Source of the DNA: Auanema rhodensis | Taxonomy: Eukaryota > Animalia > Nematoda | NCBI GenBank assembly: GCA_964057225.1 | Contig: CAXKVF010000104.1 | Location: forward strand, 1-54,605 | Direction: 5' to 3' | DNA: 54,605 bases | Shown: positions 52,625-54,605 of the stretch, in pieces | How the letters are laid out: every line of letters starts with the position of its first letter | Position numbering within the stretch: position 1 is the first letter of the stretch | Program-made: the position numbers and the translations under genes | The notes under the pieces: generated by a model | What the model was told of the DNA's origin: nothing | What the model saw: only the letters and a program-made list of their open reading frames with translations | Database searches by the model: none

Positions 52625-54605
52625 AAAACAAATTTTTATTGATATTGGTTCATGGTAACCATGACTTTGAAATTTACGTGAACTTTAATTTATGCTAATT
52701 AAATGTACACGTGATGTGCACTTGGTATGTAACTCGCTTCACGTGAAAGATAAAGAGATGCGGTTTTCAAAATTAGATTCCCCATGTCCATATTAGTCTA
52801 AAAACAAATTTTTATTGATATTGGTTTATGGTAACCATGACTTTGAAATTTACGTGAACTTTAATTTATGCTAATTAAATGTACACGTGATGTGCACTTG
52901 GTATGTAACTCGCTTCACGTGAAAGAAGAAGAGATGCGGTTTTCAAAATTAGATTCCCCATGTCCATATTAGTCTAAAAACAAATTTTTATTGATATTGG
53001 TTCATGGTAACCATGACTTTGAAATTTACGTGAACTTTAATTTATGCTAATTAAATGTACACGTGATGTGCACTTGGTATGTAACTCGCTTCACGTGAAA
53101 GATAAAGAGATGCGGTTTTCAAAATTAGATTCCCCATGTCCATATTAGTCTAAAAACAAATTTTTATTGATATTGGTGCATGGTAACCATGACTTTGAAA
53201 TTTACGTGAACTTTAATTTATGCTAATTAAATGTACACGTGATGTGCACTTGGTATGTAACTCGCTTCACGTGAAAGATAAAGAGATGCGGTTTTCAAAA
53301 TTAGATTTTTCCATGTCCATATTAGTCTAAAAACAAATTTTTATTGATATTGGTTCATGGTAACCATGACTTTGAAATTTACGTGAACTTTAATTTATGC
53401 TAATTAAATGTACACGTGATGTGCACTTGGTATGTAACTCGCTTCACGTGAAAGATAAAGAGATGCGGTTTTCAAAATTAGATTCCCCATGTCCATATTA
53501 GTCTAAAAACAAATTTTTATTGATATTGGTGCATGGTAACCATGACTTTGAAATTTACGTGAACTTTAATTTATGCTAATTAAATGTACACGTGATGTGC
53601 ACTTGGTATGTAACTCGCTTCACGTGAAAGATAAAGAGATGCGGTTTTCAAAATTAGATTCCCCATGTCCATATTAGTCTAAAAACAAATTTTTATTGAT
53701 ATTGGTGCATGGTAACCATGACTTTGAAATTTACGTGAACTTTAATTTATGCTAATTAAATGTACACGTGATGTGCACTTGGTATGTAACTCGCTTCACG
53801 TGAAAGATAAAGAGATGCGGTTTTCAAAATTAGATTCCCCATGTCCATATTAGTCTAAAAACAAATTTTTATTGATATTGGTTCATGGTAACCATGACTT
53901 TGAAATTTACGTGAACTTTAATTTATGCTAATTAAATGTACACGTGATGTGCACTTGGTATGTAACTCGCTTCACGTGAAAGATAAAGAGATGCGGTTTT
54001 CAAAATTAGATTCCCCATGTCCATATTAGTCCAAAAACAAATTTTTATTGATATTGCTTCATGGTAACCATGACTTTGAAATTTACGTGAACTTTAATTT
54101 ATGCTAATTAAATGTACACGTGATGTGCACTTGGTATGTAACTCGCTTCACGTGAAAGATAAAGAGATGCGGTTTTCAAAATTAGATTCCCCATGTCCAT
54201 ATTAGTCTAAAAACAAATTTTTATTGATATTGGTGCATGGTAACCATGACTTTGAAATTTACGTGAACTTTAATTTATGCTAATTAAATGTACACGTGAT
54301 GTGCACTTGGTATGTAACTCGCTTCACGTGAAAGAAGAAGAGATGCGGTTTTCAAAATTAGATTCCCCATGTCCATATTAGTCTAAAAACAAATTTTTAT
54401 TGATATTGGTTCATGGTAACCATGACTTTGAAATTTACGTGAACTTTAATTTATGCTAATTAAATGTACACGTGATGTGCACTTGGTATGTAACTCGCTT
54501 CACGTGAAAGATAAAGAGATGCGGTTTTCAAAATTAGATTCCCCATGTCCATATTAGTTTAAAAACAAATTTTTATTGATATTGGTGCATGGTAACCATG
54601 ACTTT

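Larger units (their letters stand above)
1..54605. repeat. 176-bp satellite DNA tandem array (310 full monomers + 44 bp), candidate centromeric/pericentromeric satellite
   Basis: AAAACAAATT recurs at 1, 177, 2641 (1+15x176), 26400 and 39600 (after a -1 indel), 52801 (1+300x176) and 54562 (1+310x176+1). Same orientation throughout, with no unique sequence. The centromeric interpretation is inference from the monomer length and homogeneity. Confidence 0.99.

Noticed and set aside
1-54605. CRISPR array or repeat-spacer system
   Set aside because: The entire 176 bp repeats. There are no unique spacers, no leader and no cas genes.
1-54605. Single fixed-period higher-order repeat, or a functional 'code' in the monomer order
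   Set aside because: Periods vary locally (2, 3, 4, 12, 13, 14, 20, 26/30). The order is adequately explained by nested in-register duplications.
1-54605. Rolling-circle or sequencing concatemer artefact
   Set aside because: Variants are shared, linked and hierarchically ordered across blocks, unlike random errors on a single template. Local copy-number misassembly cannot be excluded.
1-54605. Hidden insertion, inversion or telomeric repeat inside the array
   Set aside because: The 176-bp register holds at every checkpoint apart from three 1-bp indels, and no reverse-orientation monomer or foreign sequence was seen.

Overview
The whole 54,605-bp window is one uninterrupted head-to-tail tandem array of a 176-bp, ~32% GC monomer: 310 complete copies plus a 44-bp partial copy, all in the same orientation. 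I found no genes, RNA genes, transposon insertions or CRISPR spacers. Monomers are nearly identical, typically differing at 0-3 positions, and only three 1-bp indels are visible (-1 at ~12634, +1 at ~52603, +1 at ~53308). Length, AT-richness and homogeneity fit eukaryotic satellite DNA, plausibly a centromeric core array; the species and function cannot be established from sequence alone. The information lies in two layers. (1) The monomer is dense with dyad symmetries and carries three ACGTGA/E-box cores spaced 32-33 bp apart. (2) Variants are strongly linked and record local, irregular higher-order duplications with periods of 12, 13, 14, 20 and 26/30 monomers, nested 2-4-mer duplications, chimeric breakpoint monomers and regional turnover of variants. 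I found no evidence for a novel coding system. All variant calls were read by eye.
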